Positions 7,943 through 17,320 of a DNA stretch of 64,000 bases are shown here, piece after piece. The translations under genes were made by a program, and so were the position numbers. The stretch spans positions 5,838 to 69,837 of the forward strand of contig QALW01000044.1 in the NCBI GenBank assembly GCA_003150515.1, in the 5' to 3' direction. Within the stretch, counting starts at the first letter, position 1; each line of letters begins with the position of its first letter. The notes beneath the pieces were generated by a model that was not told the DNA's origin, searched no databases, and worked only from the letters and a program-made list of their open reading frames with translations. This DNA comes from Selenomonadales bacterium (lineage in GTDB: Bacteria > Bacillota > Clostridia > Christensenellales > QALW01).

Positions 7943-9505
7943 ATGCAGAACTGCATTGCGGCGCCTGCGGCCCCGGGCCTGGGGCTTTCTCTCAGGGAGG
8001 TGCGCGCCAGCGTTAAAAAGCTGCTTAAAAACAGGCTGTATATCACTTTTCTTATTTTGCTGGGCATAGCGTCTTTCGGATTTACCATCACTCATTTTGC
8101 CATGGGCATAGATGATTTCGGGCTGGGGCATTATATGGATCTGAGCCCCGAAAGCAGCAATAATATGCTTCAGCAGGGGCGCCTGCTGCATATAGTCCTT
8201 TATTATCTGACCGGCCTTATGGACGTCATTCCCTTTTTAAACAATTTCATAAGCGCGGCGCTTATAGTTTTTTCCGCGCTGCTGCTCTGCGGGCTGGCCG
8301 ACGCCGCGTCCAACGGGCGCTTTAACACCTTTCAGCAGATTATATTCGCCGGCCTTTATATTTCCAGCCCGGTAAGCGCTTTTAAATTCATATATGATTT
8401 GGACGTAGTGGCGGTATCTATTTCGGGAGTGTGCTGCGTTCTGGCGGTAATTATGGGCTTTGAATTTTTAGAGAGCCGCAAAAAGGCCGGGCTTTTTAAA
8501 ACGCTGGGCTTATTCTTTCTGGCCGTAAGCAGCTATGAGAGCTTTAACGCGGTTATTATATGCCTGGTGCTTTTTGTGCTGCTTCTGCTATGCCTTTATA
8601 GGGATAAAAAGCCGCGCGAGTTATGCCTGGCGGGGCTGAAGCTGGCCGGGATGCTGGCCTGCGCGCTGGCGGCGTATTATATTCTGGTATTCCTGCTCCA
8701 GCTTCTGACGGGCAATAACGGCCATGAACGGCTTAATTTATTCAACAGGGGCCGGCCGGTTATAGAGCTTTTAAAGGAGATTGCCCGCAGGCTTATTAAT
8801 TTTAAGCTGTTTTTTATAGCCGAATTTGCCGCCGCGGCTCTTTTATCCGTGCCTCTGGCCGTTTATTTCAGCGTTAAAAAGAAGAGCTTTTTTGTATTTC
8901 TCCTCTTTGCGGCTATGGGCGCGTTTACGCTGGCCATACCCGTCGTGCAGGGCGCCCTTTATTACAGGACATGCCAGCCTTTCGGGCTGTTTATAGCCGC
9001 CGTGGCTCTTTTTATAACTGAAATATTCAGGAACAGGCGGGCCCTGCGCGTTATTGCGGCCTGTATGGCGGCGCTTGCGCTCATTTGGCAGCTCAAGGAT
9101 ATTAATCTATGGTTTTATAAGGACTGGGCCAATTATCAGAAAAACGTTTATGCCATTCATAATATCGCCACCGAGCTTAATTCAGGCTATTCAATAGAGG
9201 AAAAGCCGGTCTGCTTTGTCAACAGGGATTATGATTCCTTTTTGATGTCCTGGGAGGCGGATAAAATGCAGTATGAAATAGGAGAATCCCCCATTGTTGC
9301 GGCCGTGGCCTTCTGCGGGGATATCACCTGTCCCGAGCTTATAGAGCTGTTTGAGAAGCAGGAATACACCTTTTTAATCCAGCCTACGCTTGAGCAGGCC
9401 CAGAAGGCCGTCCAATATTCCAGCGGCATGCCGGGCTATCCTAAAGAGGGCTATATAGCCGAATATGAGGATATTATAATAGTAAAATTGGGAGAGGCGG
9501 GCTGA
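7943..9505 (+). CDS. polytopic integral membrane protein of unknown function (possibly a GtrII/YfhO-like glycosyl-transfer membrane protein)
   Basis: 520-aa ORF with many hydrophobic segments. A GGGGGA RBS lies 7 nt upstream. The functional guess comes from topology only. Confidence 0.7.
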   Translation: MQNCIAAPAAPGLGLSLREVRASVKKLLKNRLYITFLILLGIASFGFTITHFAMGIDDFGLGHYMDLSPESSNNMLQQGRLLHIVLYYLTGLMDVIPFLNNFISAALIVFSALLLCGLADAASNGRFNTFQQIIFAGLYISSPVSAFKFIYDLDVVAVSISGVCCVLAVIMGFEFLESRKKAGLFKTLGLFFLAVSSYESFNAVIICLVLFVLLLLCLYRDKKPRELCLAGLKLAGMLACALAAYYILVFLLQLLTGNNGHERLNLFNRGRPVIELLKEIARRLINFKLFFIAEFAAAALLSVPLAVYFSVKKKSFFVFLLFAAMGAFTLAIPVVQGALYYRTCQPFGLFIAAVALFITEIFRNRRALRVIAACMAALALIWQLKDINLWFYKDWANYQKNVYAIHNIATELNSGYSIEEKPVCFVNRDYDSFLMSWEADKMQYEIGESPIVAAVAFCGDITCPELIELFEKQEYTFLIQPTLEQAQKAVQYSSGMPGYPKEGYIAEYEDIIIVKLGEAG

Positions 9506-9786
9506 AAGGCGCGCTTTTTCCAAAGCTCAGCTTAATTTTATGCTCCAGACTTTTGGGAGCTTTTTTTCTTTTTGTCCGGAGATGAAGCTGTTTATGCGGC
9601 CGCAATTTATTTGTCTAAAACTGTTGCGCGTTAAGCGGGGCAATGTTATAATTATGGCATCATAAATATATTTTTTTCGACAAATTTAAAATATCTGCCC
9701 TTTCAGATTATATTAATTTATATGCGTCCGGCTATTTCTAAAGTTATATAACTAAATATATTTTGCTGTTGTTCGGGAGGTTCATT

Positions 9787-11109
9787 ATGAAAAAGTTACT
9801 TTCATGCGCAGCCGTAATTATGCTGCTTGGTTTCTCTTCATGCTCTTCAGGCCGGGAGGAGCCCCCGCCTGATTTGGGGCCCGTTAACAGCCCGGAGGCG
9901 TCCGCTGAGGCGACGGCCGGGCAGCTTCAGAGCGCTCCCCCTTCGGGGGCGGAAGAAAGCCCGTCAGCTTCGCAAACCGGGGCGCAGGGCGGGACTGCTG
10001 GCCAAACGCTCCCTACGGGCGCAACGCCCAGCCCGACTTCTTCGTCCGAACCGGGGCGCACGCCTGTTCCTGCGGCTCGGATAGGAGAAGCTAAGGAGCA
10101 TTATAATAATATAAGAGGCGTGAACGGCAAGGTATATCAGTCTCTGGCGCTGCATGCGGACAATTACATATATTTCTGCGGGGGCGAATACGATAATCAA
10201 TATGCGCCTCCGGGCACTTATCGTTTGGATGTGGCTACGGACGAATTGGAATATTTCAGTGCTGAACGCATGTCGCCGTTATTTATTGCCGGCCAATGGC
10301 TTTATTATAAGCAATATGACGCTCAATCCAGGAAGACATATAGCTGCCGCATGCATTCGGACGGCACAGCCCAGACGCGGCTTTCCTATGATATCCCTGC
10401 CGGCTGCTGCTATTTAAACGATTATATATATTATCCGGAAAACGGCGTTATTTACAAACGGCTTATTTCAGGCGGAGATCAGATTGCCGCGGCCTTTAAA
10501 CCGGCGGACGGCGAAGAATTTTTATCTGTCTGTACGGATGGGGAGAATTTATATATAGCGAGCGAAACTGAGGGCGGCGAAAGCTGCGTTTATAAATACG
10601 GCGGCTCTGCGCTTAGGAAGCTATGGACGGGGGAGGAGATCGGCGGAATAATTTATGACAGCGGATATCTCTGGAGCGAGACGTATATAACGGATAACGA
10701 ATCTTATATCCTGCTGAGAATTTCGGCGGAAACAGGCGAATCTGATTTTGAATGGCTGGCAGAGCGGTACAGCAGGCCGGAATTTAATATAGCCGGAGGA
10801 AAGATATATATTTCAGAGAACATTTATGGATATGGAAATCTCAGAAGCATGGATATAAATTTTGAAAATTCAGCCGACCTAAGCAAGATAACTTCCGCAG
10901 GCAATATAAACGGAGCTTGGGCGGGAAAGGTATGCGTTGCAGGCGATTATCTGATTTTTACCGGCTCGGTGGGCAAAGGGGTATATGATAATACTATACT
11001 TCATAAGATGGATGGAAGCGGAAAATATATGCTTATTGATACTGATTTTCCTGAAGACCAGGGCCAGCCAATGCTGGGATGGCAAATCAATACGCTGCTT
11101 TGGGAATGA
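9787..11109 (+). CDS. lipoprotein with repeated aromatic beta-propeller-like motifs (DUF5050-like)
   Basis: Signal peptide plus lipobox MKKLLSCAAVIMLLGFSSC, and a low-complexity P/S/A linker. Repeated motifs: DNYIYFCG, GQWLYYKQ, NDYIYYPE, GENLYIASE, GGKIYISE, GDYLIFTG. GGGAGG RBS. Confidence 0.8.
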   Translation: MKKLLSCAAVIMLLGFSSCSSGREEPPPDLGPVNSPEASAEATAGQLQSAPPSGAEESPSASQTGAQGGTAGQTLPTGATPSPTSSSEPGRTPVPAARIGEAKEHYNNIRGVNGKVYQSLALHADNYIYFCGGEYDNQYAPPGTYRLDVATDELEYFSAERMSPLFIAGQWLYYKQYDAQSRKTYSCRMHSDGTAQTRLSYDIPAGCCYLNDYIYYPENGVIYKRLISGGDQIAAAFKPADGEEFLSVCTDGENLYIASETEGGESCVYKYGGSALRKLWTGEEIGGIIYDSGYLWSETYITDNESYILLRISAETGESDFEWLAERYSRPEFNIAGGKIYISENIYGYGNLRSMDINFENSADLSKITSAGNINGAWAGKVCVAGDYLIFTGSVGKGVYDNTILHKMDGSGKYMLIDTDFPEDQGQPMLGWQINTLLWE

Positions 11110-11259
11110 TTTTTTCTTCGCATGCGCACGAGTAGCGCAGGATTGCCCTGATATGTTCCGGGAAGGACGGCTTCTTTGCGGGAAATGAAAACCTGTTCTT
11201 TTGCGGCGGGAAGGGTTGAGCCGGACGGAACGCAAATTTTAAATTAGCTGAAAAAACAT

Positions 11260-11288
11260 TTGCATTTAAAATGGGGACATGTTATAAT
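11260..11288 (+). promoter_or_regulatory. sigma-A type promoter of rpsF-ssb-rpsR
   Basis: TTGCAT (11260..11265), 17-nt spacer, TGtTATAAT (-10 at 11283..11288). Confidence 0.65.
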
Positions 11289-11356
11289 AATTTGCCGATA
11301 TTCCTTGCCGCTTTTTTAAAGGAGCGGCCATAGACCATAAGGAGGTGAAAAGCTTA

Positions 11357-11641
11357 ATGAACAAATACGAAACTCTTTACATCATCAAGCCCACCGTGGA
11401 GGAGGAGGCGCGCAAGGCGCTTATAGACAAATTCTCCGAGATTATCGCGGCTGAGGGCACGGTTGAGAGCGTTGAGGAAATGGGGATGCGCAAGCTGGCC
11501 TATCCTATCAATTACATTTCCGAAGGCTATTACGTTCTTGTTAATTTTGAGGCGCAGCCCACTCTGCCTGCCGAGCTGGAGCGCAATTTCAAAATAAACG
11601 AGAATATCATGCGCTTTATCGTAGTTAGAAAAGAAAGCTGA
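11357..11641 (+). CDS. rpsF: 30S ribosomal protein S6
   Basis: MNKYETLYIIKP...GMRKLAYPI...GYYVLVNF. Confidence 0.95.
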   Translation: MNKYETLYIIKPTVEEEARKALIDKFSEIIAAEGTVESVEEMGMRKLAYPINYISEGYYVLVNFEAQPTLPAELERNFKINENIMRFIVVRKES

Positions 11642-11663
11642 TTTAGGAAAGGAATGAGGGTGT

Positions 11664-12107
11664 ATGAACAAAGCCATTTTAGTAGGCAATCTGACCAGGG
11701 AGCCTGAATTAAGAGCCACGGCCTCAGGCATATCGGTATGCACCTTTACCGTTGCGGTAAACAGGCGCGTAAGCCGGGACGCTCAGGCCCAGGGGCAGAG
11801 AGACGCCGATTTTATTCCTGTTGTTACCTGGCGCGGTCTGGCCGACAACTGCGCAAGATATCTTGCCAAGGGGAGAAAGGTTGCGGTAATAGGCAGCATT
11901 CAGACCCGCAGCTATGACGCGCAGGACGGCACTAAGCGGTATGTTACCGAAGTAGTGGCCGATGATGTGGAATTTTTAACCCCGGCCGGAGGAGGCGCCA
12001 TGCCTTCCATGCCGCCCGAGGCTCATCCCGCCAACAGCTTTGACGCTCCCTCAGGCAGCTATACCGAGGGCATACAGCCTGTAGACGAGGACGAGCTGCC
12101 GTTCTGA
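11664..12107 (+). CDS. ssb: single-stranded DNA-binding protein
   Basis: MNKAILVGNLTREPELR OB-fold and an acidic tail DEDELPF. Confidence 0.95.
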   Translation: MNKAILVGNLTREPELRATASGISVCTFTVAVNRRVSRDAQAQGQRDADFIPVVTWRGLADNCARYLAKGRKVAVIGSIQTRSYDAQDGTKRYVTEVVADDVEFLTPAGGGAMPSMPPEAHPANSFDAPSGSYTEGIQPVDEDELPF

Positions 12108-12133
12108 GAGTTTTAATAAGGAGGTAAGTTAAT

Positions 12134-12382
12134 ATGTCCGAGAAGGATGTTAGAAAGCCCCGCGGCGCGCGCCGGCCCAGAAGAAAGGCCTGCCAGTTCT
12201 GCGTGGATAAGGTTGAGAGCATAGATTATAAGGACGTAGCGCGCCTGCGCCGTTTTATATCCGAGCGCGGCAAGATTATGCCCCGCCGTATGACGGGCAC
12301 CTGCGCTAAGCATCAGCGCGAGCTGGCCATAGCCGTTAAACGCGCCCGCCAGGTTGCTCTTCTGCCTTTCAGCGCCGATTGA
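12134..12382 (+). CDS. rpsR: 30S ribosomal protein S18
   Basis: [43 protein letters not shown]. Confidence 0.95.
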   Translation: MSEKDVRKPRGARRPRRKACQFCVDKVESIDYKDVARLRRFISERGKIMPRRMTGTCAKHQRELAIAVKRARQVALLPFSAD

Positions 12383-12415
12383 GGGGCGTTCAACCGTTAA
12401 TTTATAATTTTTAAG

Positions 12416-12446
12416 CCCTGGAGATTGAATTCTCCGGGGTTTTTTT
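12416..12446 (+). terminator. intrinsic terminator after rpsR
   Basis: CCCTGGAGA / TCTCCGGGG stem (one G-U pair) followed by T7. Confidence 0.8.
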
Positions 12447-12578
12447 ATGTTCTTTATGGTTCCGCGGATTTTTAGGCTAACTTCCGCCGGTTTTTTACAT
12501 ATAAAAACAGAGCCGGCCTTTTCCAAAGGCGTCGCGGAAAAAAGAGGGGGAAAATATGTTAAAATGCAGAATGCCGCG

Positions 12579-12607
12579 TTGACTTTATTGCTCTATTGTG
12601 ATAAAAT
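12579..12607 (+). promoter_or_regulatory. promoter of the amino-acid ABC transporter operon
   Basis: TTGACT, 17-nt spacer, TGaTAAAAT. Confidence 0.6.
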
Positions 12608-12640
12608 TTTATTTACTTAAAATAATAAAGGAGAGTTATT

Positions 12641-13402
12641 ATGAAAAAGTTTTTGACAATTTGCCTCTGCGCGGTTATGCTGTGCGGAATATTCCTCTTT
12701 TCGGGCTGCGCCAAGGATGAGAATACGCTGGTGCTGGGCCTGGACGCTTCCTTTGCGCCTATGGGCTTTAAGGACGACAATAACGAGATAGTGGGCTTTG
12801 ATATTGACGTTGCGCGCGAAGTGTGCAAGCGCATAGGCATGAATCTGGAATGCAAGGAGATTATATGGGCTCAGAATTTAAGCGAATTGAATAATAAGAG
12901 CATAGACTGCGTATGGAACGGCATGAGCATCAATGCTGAGAGAGAGGCGGGCATGCTGCTCACTCCTCCTTATATGAACAACCGCATGGTGTTCGCCGTT
13001 AAAACAGATTCGGATATACAGAGCGTTGAACAGCTTACGGGCAAGAAAATAGCCACTCAGAGCGGCTCGGAGGGAGAAAAGGCTTTGGAGGCCAGCGGCA
13101 TGCAATTTGACAAAGTGGCGCATGCCGATTACGCCATGGCTTATAACGAGCTGGAGCTGGGCCTTGTGGACGCTGTGCTTGTGGACGAGGTGGCCGTGCA
13201 GTATATGATTAAGAGCCAGAATAAGGGTTTCCGCATTTTAGACGAGGCGCTGGGAGACGATCTTTACGTTATAGGCTTCCGCAAGGAGGATACCCAATTG
13301 AAGGATAAGGTTTGGAACGCCATTAAGGAGATGAAAGAGGACGGCACTCTTAAGCAGATTTCCGAAAAATGGTTTGGCTCTGATTTAACCGTGGTGGAAT
13401 AA
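12641..13402 (+). CDS. amino-acid ABC transporter substrate-binding lipoprotein (SBP family 3)
   Basis: Lipobox LFSGC; LVLGLDASFAPMGFKD...IVGFDIDVAREV. Confidence 0.88.
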   Translation: MKKFLTICLCAVMLCGIFLFSGCAKDENTLVLGLDASFAPMGFKDDNNEIVGFDIDVAREVCKRIGMNLECKEIIWAQNLSELNNKSIDCVWNGMSINAEREAGMLLTPPYMNNRMVFAVKTDSDIQSVEQLTGKKIATQSGSEGEKALEASGMQFDKVAHADYAMAYNELELGLVDAVLVDEVAVQYMIKSQNKGFRILDEALGDDLYVIGFRKEDTQLKDKVWNAIKEMKEDGTLKQISEKWFGSDLTVVE

Positions 13403-13486
13403 AGAGCTGCTGAAATTAAATTGATGCGCCGCCGGCCGTTGGCCGGCGCTGCGCGTTTATTGAATATTTTTTAGGAGGCGGAATAA

Positions 13487-14140
13487 TTGGAATGGCTGAG
13501 CGACCTTATTAAATACGGAGAGCTGGTCCTGGAGGGGCTGGGCAATACCCTGCTTATTTTTGCCGTAACCCTTATAACTTCCATACCGCTGGGGCTGCTT
13601 GTGGCTTTGGGAAGGCTTTCCCGGCACGGGTGGCTTAAAAAGCTTTTAGGAGCGTATATATCGGTTATGAGGGGAACGCCCCTTATGCTTCAGCTTATAG
13701 CCGTGCTTTATCTGCCCAGCATGATTTTTAAAGTGCCCATGGACAGATATCTTGCGGCGTTTATAGCTTTCACCATTAATTATGCCGCTTACTTCGGGGA
13801 GATTTTCAGGGGAGGCATACAATCCATTGAGCGGGGGCAATATGAGGCGGCGTCCGTGCTGGGCTTTTCCAAGCGCCAGACATTCAGCCGGATAATACTG
13901 CCTCAGACTGTCAAGAGAGTGCTGCCTGCAACGGCCAATGAGGTTATAACGCTGGTTAAGGATACTTCTCTGGCGCAGGTAGTGGCCATAGTGGAAATGT
14001 TTACGATAGCCAAGCAGCATATGTCGGGCACGGGCAGCGTTATTCCGCTGCTGGCCGCGGGCGTGTTTTATTACATATTGAATCTTTTAGTAACGGTGAG
14101 CTTTTCCTATGCGGAAAAGAAGCTGTCCTATTATAGATAA
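13487..14140 (+). CDS. amino-acid ABC transporter permease
   Basis: TTG start with an AGGAGG RBS 9 nt upstream. EAA loop [22 protein letters not shown]. Confidence 0.88.
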   Translation: MEWLSDLIKYGELVLEGLGNTLLIFAVTLITSIPLGLLVALGRLSRHGWLKKLLGAYISVMRGTPLMLQLIAVLYLPSMIFKVPMDRYLAAFIAFTINYAAYFGEIFRGGIQSIERGQYEAASVLGFSKRQTFSRIILPQTVKRVLPATANEVITLVKDTSLAQVVAIVEMFTIAKQHMSGTGSVIPLLAAGVFYYILNLLVTVSFSYAEKKLSYYR

Positions 14141-14153
14141 AGGAGGGCGGAGG

Positions 14154-14903
14154 ATGAATATTTTAAGCGTGAGCGGGCTGCATAAGAGCTTTGGGGAGCA
14201 TGAAGTATTAAAGGGCATATCCTTTGCCCTGGAGCAGGGGGAAACTCTGGCCGTCATAGGGCCGTCCGGCTCAGGCAAATCCACAATTCTGCGCTGCGTC
14301 AGTCAGCTTGAACGGGTGGATTCGGGAAAAATCAGCGTTTGCGGCAAGGAAATGCTGGAGGAGGACGGCAGATATGTGCCCCCCGCGCAATTGGAGGAAA
14401 TAAGGCGGAGCGTGGGCATGGTGTTTCAGAATTTCAATCTGTTCCCCCATATGAGCGTTATGCGCAACATAACCGAAGCGCCCGTGCGCGTTTTGGGCAT
14501 GGAGAAAGCTCAGGCTCAGAGCAGGGCTCTGGAGCTGCTGGCTCAAATGGGGCTGGAAAATAAAAAGGATAATTATCCCTGCGAGCTTTCCGGAGGGCAG
14601 CAGCAGAGGGTTTCCATAGCCCGCGCCCTGGCGCTCAGCCCGAAGCTTATGCTTTTTGACGAGCCCACCAGCGCGCTGGACCCTGAGCTTACCGGGGAAA
14701 TATTATCCGTTATAAGGGATTTGGCTTCGCGCAGGATGAGCATGGTGGTGGTAACGCATGAGATGAGCTTTGCCAGAGATGTAGCGGACAGGATTATCTT
14801 TATGGACGGCGGCGTAATTGTGGAAGAGGGGGAGCCGGAGCGGATTATAGACAATCCCCAAAACGAGCGCACGCGGCAGTTTTTAAAGAGATACGGAGGA
14901 TAG
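14154..14903 (+). CDS. amino-acid ABC transporter ATP-binding protein
   Basis: Walker [10 protein letters not shown], signature [15 protein letters not shown], Walker [12 protein letters not shown]. Start trimmed to the ATG that has a GGAGGGCGGAGG RBS. Confidence 0.92.
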   Translation: MNILSVSGLHKSFGEHEVLKGISFALEQGETLAVIGPSGSGKSTILRCVSQLERVDSGKISVCGKEMLEEDGRYVPPAQLEEIRRSVGMVFQNFNLFPHMSVMRNITEAPVRVLGMEKAQAQSRALELLAQMGLENKKDNYPCELSGGQQQRVSIARALALSPKLMLFDEPTSALDPELTGEILSVIRDLASRRMSMVVVTHEMSFARDVADRIIFMDGGVIVEEGEPERIIDNPQNERTRQFLKRYGG

Positions 14904-14997
14904 GCTGATTTTAAAGGGATACGGCGTATAAATTGCATTCAAGGAGATACGGCGTATGCGGACTGCGTTTCCGTGCGGGCGGCTTAATAAATTTTTA

Positions 14998-15031
14998 ACG
15001 GCGCTTTCAGTTTTAAGGGCGCGCCGTTTTT
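14998..15031 (+). terminator. intrinsic terminator after the ABC operon
   Basis: ACGGCGC...GCGCCGT stem followed by TTTTT. Confidence 0.6.
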
Positions 15032-15972
15032 ATATCTGCACAGACAATACCATCAGAATATAATGCGTTTTTGCGGGAACGCACGCCGAGTCTATTAATT
15101 ATATACAGGCGAACGCGGGCATATTGCCCTGAGCAAAATACAGGAATATACTATTTGGAAATCAATAAATATATTGGAGAGGAAACAGGCGGAGGATAAT
15201 GAGGAAAAGCCCGGCGGCAGCGTAAAAAGAGCGCGGCGCGGCGGCAGCAGGGAGAGAGGGCGGATGGGGGAGAGGGGCGGGAGAAGAAGATTAAATCCCC
15301 CCATCAAAATACAGCACAAAGCCGGGAATATTGGTTAACGCCGCGGCCGTTGCCGGGTTTGCGCATAAAATATATGGGCTCCGCGGTGTTGGCAAAAAAA
15401 TCCCGGACGCACGGGGCGCGCGCATTAATGGGCGTTCTGTGAGCCAGTGTAAATAAAAAAACAGCCGTTCTTAGGGCTGCCTGAAAGATATAAGGCTTTA
15501 ATGCGGCTGGAGATTTTTGCTGAGAATGCATATCGGAGGCCGCGCGGCGCGCGGATAAAAAATATACGCTTGCCTCGGGCAGAAAGAGAGACGGCAAAAT
15601 TAAGCCGCCATGCAGACAGTAATATGAAAATGCTCAATCCCTTTCTCTGCGTGCATTAATATGCAAGCCGTACGCGCCGCAGATTGTTACGGCTGAATAT
15701 GTTTAATTCTTGAAATTATGATAACACCCTGTATATTAAAAGTCAATACTTATGCAAAAAATAAATTAAATTGTTGATAACTAACAGGACGTAAAAATAT
15801 AATGGGAGCGGCGCGCTCTGAATAATTATTCTTTGGGTTTGTCCGGCTGCCGTTAAATTAATAAGGGCAGGCGGCGTTTTCAGGGCGGAAAAGCGTTTTT
15901 GGGGCGGAAAAGTGTTTTTGGGACGGCGGAGCGGCGTTTCAGTCGCCGTATATATAACGGCTTAAAAAATAG

Positions 15973-16001
15973 TTGACAAATTAAACGTATGCCGCTAATA
16001 T
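15973..16001 (+). promoter_or_regulatory. near-consensus sigma-A promoter upstream of the glutamate-synthase-like cluster
   Basis: TTGACA (15973..15978), exactly 17-nt spacer, TAATAT (15996..16001). Confidence 0.6.
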
Positions 16002-16014
16002 ATAAAAAGAACAA

Positions 16015-16068
16015 GGACGTTCACCGCGGAGTTTTTTTAAACTCTGCGGCGAGCGTCTTTTTTTCTAT
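16015..16068 (+). terminator. strong leader terminator / candidate attenuator
   Basis: GGACGTTCACCGCGGAGTTT-TTTT-AAACTCTGCGGCGAGCGTC long interrupted stem followed by T7. It begins about 14 nt after the -10 box and lies about 87 nt before the first ATG. Confidence 0.6.
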
Positions 16069-16154
16069 CTATTTTTTGCTGAAAAGCGGGCTTGCATTAA
16101 AGGCCTAACCGTTGAAAAGCAGGAAGCTTTGAAGCCAAAAGGGGAAGTGAAAGC

Positions 16155-17240
16155 ATGTTGAAAGAGGGAGAAATCAGAATACCTTCGGGCTGCGCCATTG
16201 CGGGCATGCTCTGCCGGAGCGGACGCAGAATAAGCGGCGAGAGCATAATAAAATCCATAGCGGTTATGCACGATCGATCCAACGGTTTGGGGGGAGGCTT
16301 TGCCGGTTATGGAATATATCCCGAATATAAGGATTATTTCGCGCTGCATGTGCTCTATGATTCATTGGAGGCGCGTGAAAAATGCGAACGCTTTCTGGAC
16401 AGGCATTTCAATCTTATAAACCTTTCCAAAATACCCACCCGCAAGCTGCCTGAAATTACTAACGAGCCCCTGCTCTGGAGATATTTTGTCTCTCCTCTGC
16501 CCACCAAGCTGGCCGAGAGCCAGTTGGAGGAATATGAATTTACGGCCCGCTGCGTTACTAAGATTAATACTGAAATGGAGGGCGCGTACGTTTTTTCCAG
16601 CGGCAAGAATATGGGCGTCTTTAAGGCAGTGGGCTACCCTGAAGACGTTGGGCGCTTTTATCGCCTGGAGGAATATTCAGGCTGGTGCTGGACGGCTCAT
16701 GGGCGGTATCCGACCAATACTCCCGGATGGTGGGGCGGAGCGCATCCCTTTGCCCTTCTTGATTATTCAGTGGTGCATAACGGCGAAATCTCTTCTTATG
16801 ACGCCAACAGGCGGTATATAGAGATGTTTGGATATAAATGCAATTTATTGACCGATACCGAGGTAATCACTTATATAATAGACTATCTTGTCCGCCGAAT
16901 GGGGCTCAGCTTAAAGGAGATGGCCAGCGTTATAGCGGCGCCTTTCTGGAATACCATAAACGCTCTGCCCGCTCAGGAACGCGAAAGGCTCACTTATTTC
17001 CGCAACGCCTTTGCGCCTCTGCTGATCACAGGCCCGTTTTCCATTCTTCTGGGCTTTCCCAACGGCTTAATGGCCCTGAACGACAGGCTGAAACTGCGCT
17101 CCATGGTGGTGGGCGAAAAGGGGGATATGGCGTATATAGCCAGCGAGGAATGCGCCATCCGCCAAATTGCTCCTGATTTAGATAAGGTCTGGTCGCCCAG
17201 GGGCGGCGAGCCTGTGATATTTACTTTGGATAAAGCATGA
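16155..17240 (+). CDS. class-II (Ntn) glutamine amidotransferase, glutamate synthase domain-1 type subunit
   Basis: N-terminal nucleophile context PSGCAIAGM; HGRYPTNTPGWWGGAHPF...VVHNGEISSY. Confidence 0.88.
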   Translation: MLKEGEIRIPSGCAIAGMLCRSGRRISGESIIKSIAVMHDRSNGLGGGFAGYGIYPEYKDYFALHVLYDSLEAREKCERFLDRHFNLINLSKIPTRKLPEITNEPLLWRYFVSPLPTKLAESQLEEYEFTARCVTKINTEMEGAYVFSSGKNMGVFKAVGYPEDVGRFYRLEEYSGWCWTAHGRYPTNTPGWWGGAHPFALLDYSVVHNGEISSYDANRRYIEMFGYKCNLLTDTEVITYIIDYLVRRMGLSLKEMASVIAAPFWNTINALPAQERERLTYFRNAFAPLLITGPFSILLGFPNGLMALNDRLKLRSMVVGEKGDMAYIASEECAIRQIAPDLDKVWSPRGGEPVIFTLDKA

Positions 17241-17320
17241 CGCGCGCTCATTGCAAAAGCCTTATATGCAGCGCGCCTGTCCGGAGGCAGAGAGTTCAAT
17301 TATGAAATGGGGTTTTAATT

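Noticed and set aside
7778-8191. 137-aa minus-strand ORF
   Set aside because: It overlaps the 5' end of the 520-aa membrane-protein gene and the promoter region, and it has no RBS or motif.
15095-15637. Three short minus-strand ORFs (70-97 aa) in the 1.1-kb gap
   Set aside because: They overlap each other in different frames, have no RBS, and have biased low-complexity composition. They are treated as non-coding.
16078-16096. Sigma-54 promoter (TTGCA at 16092) for the nitrogen-related cluster
   Set aside because: The required GG dinucleotide 12 nt upstream of the GC is AA here, so there is no TGGCAC-like -24 element.
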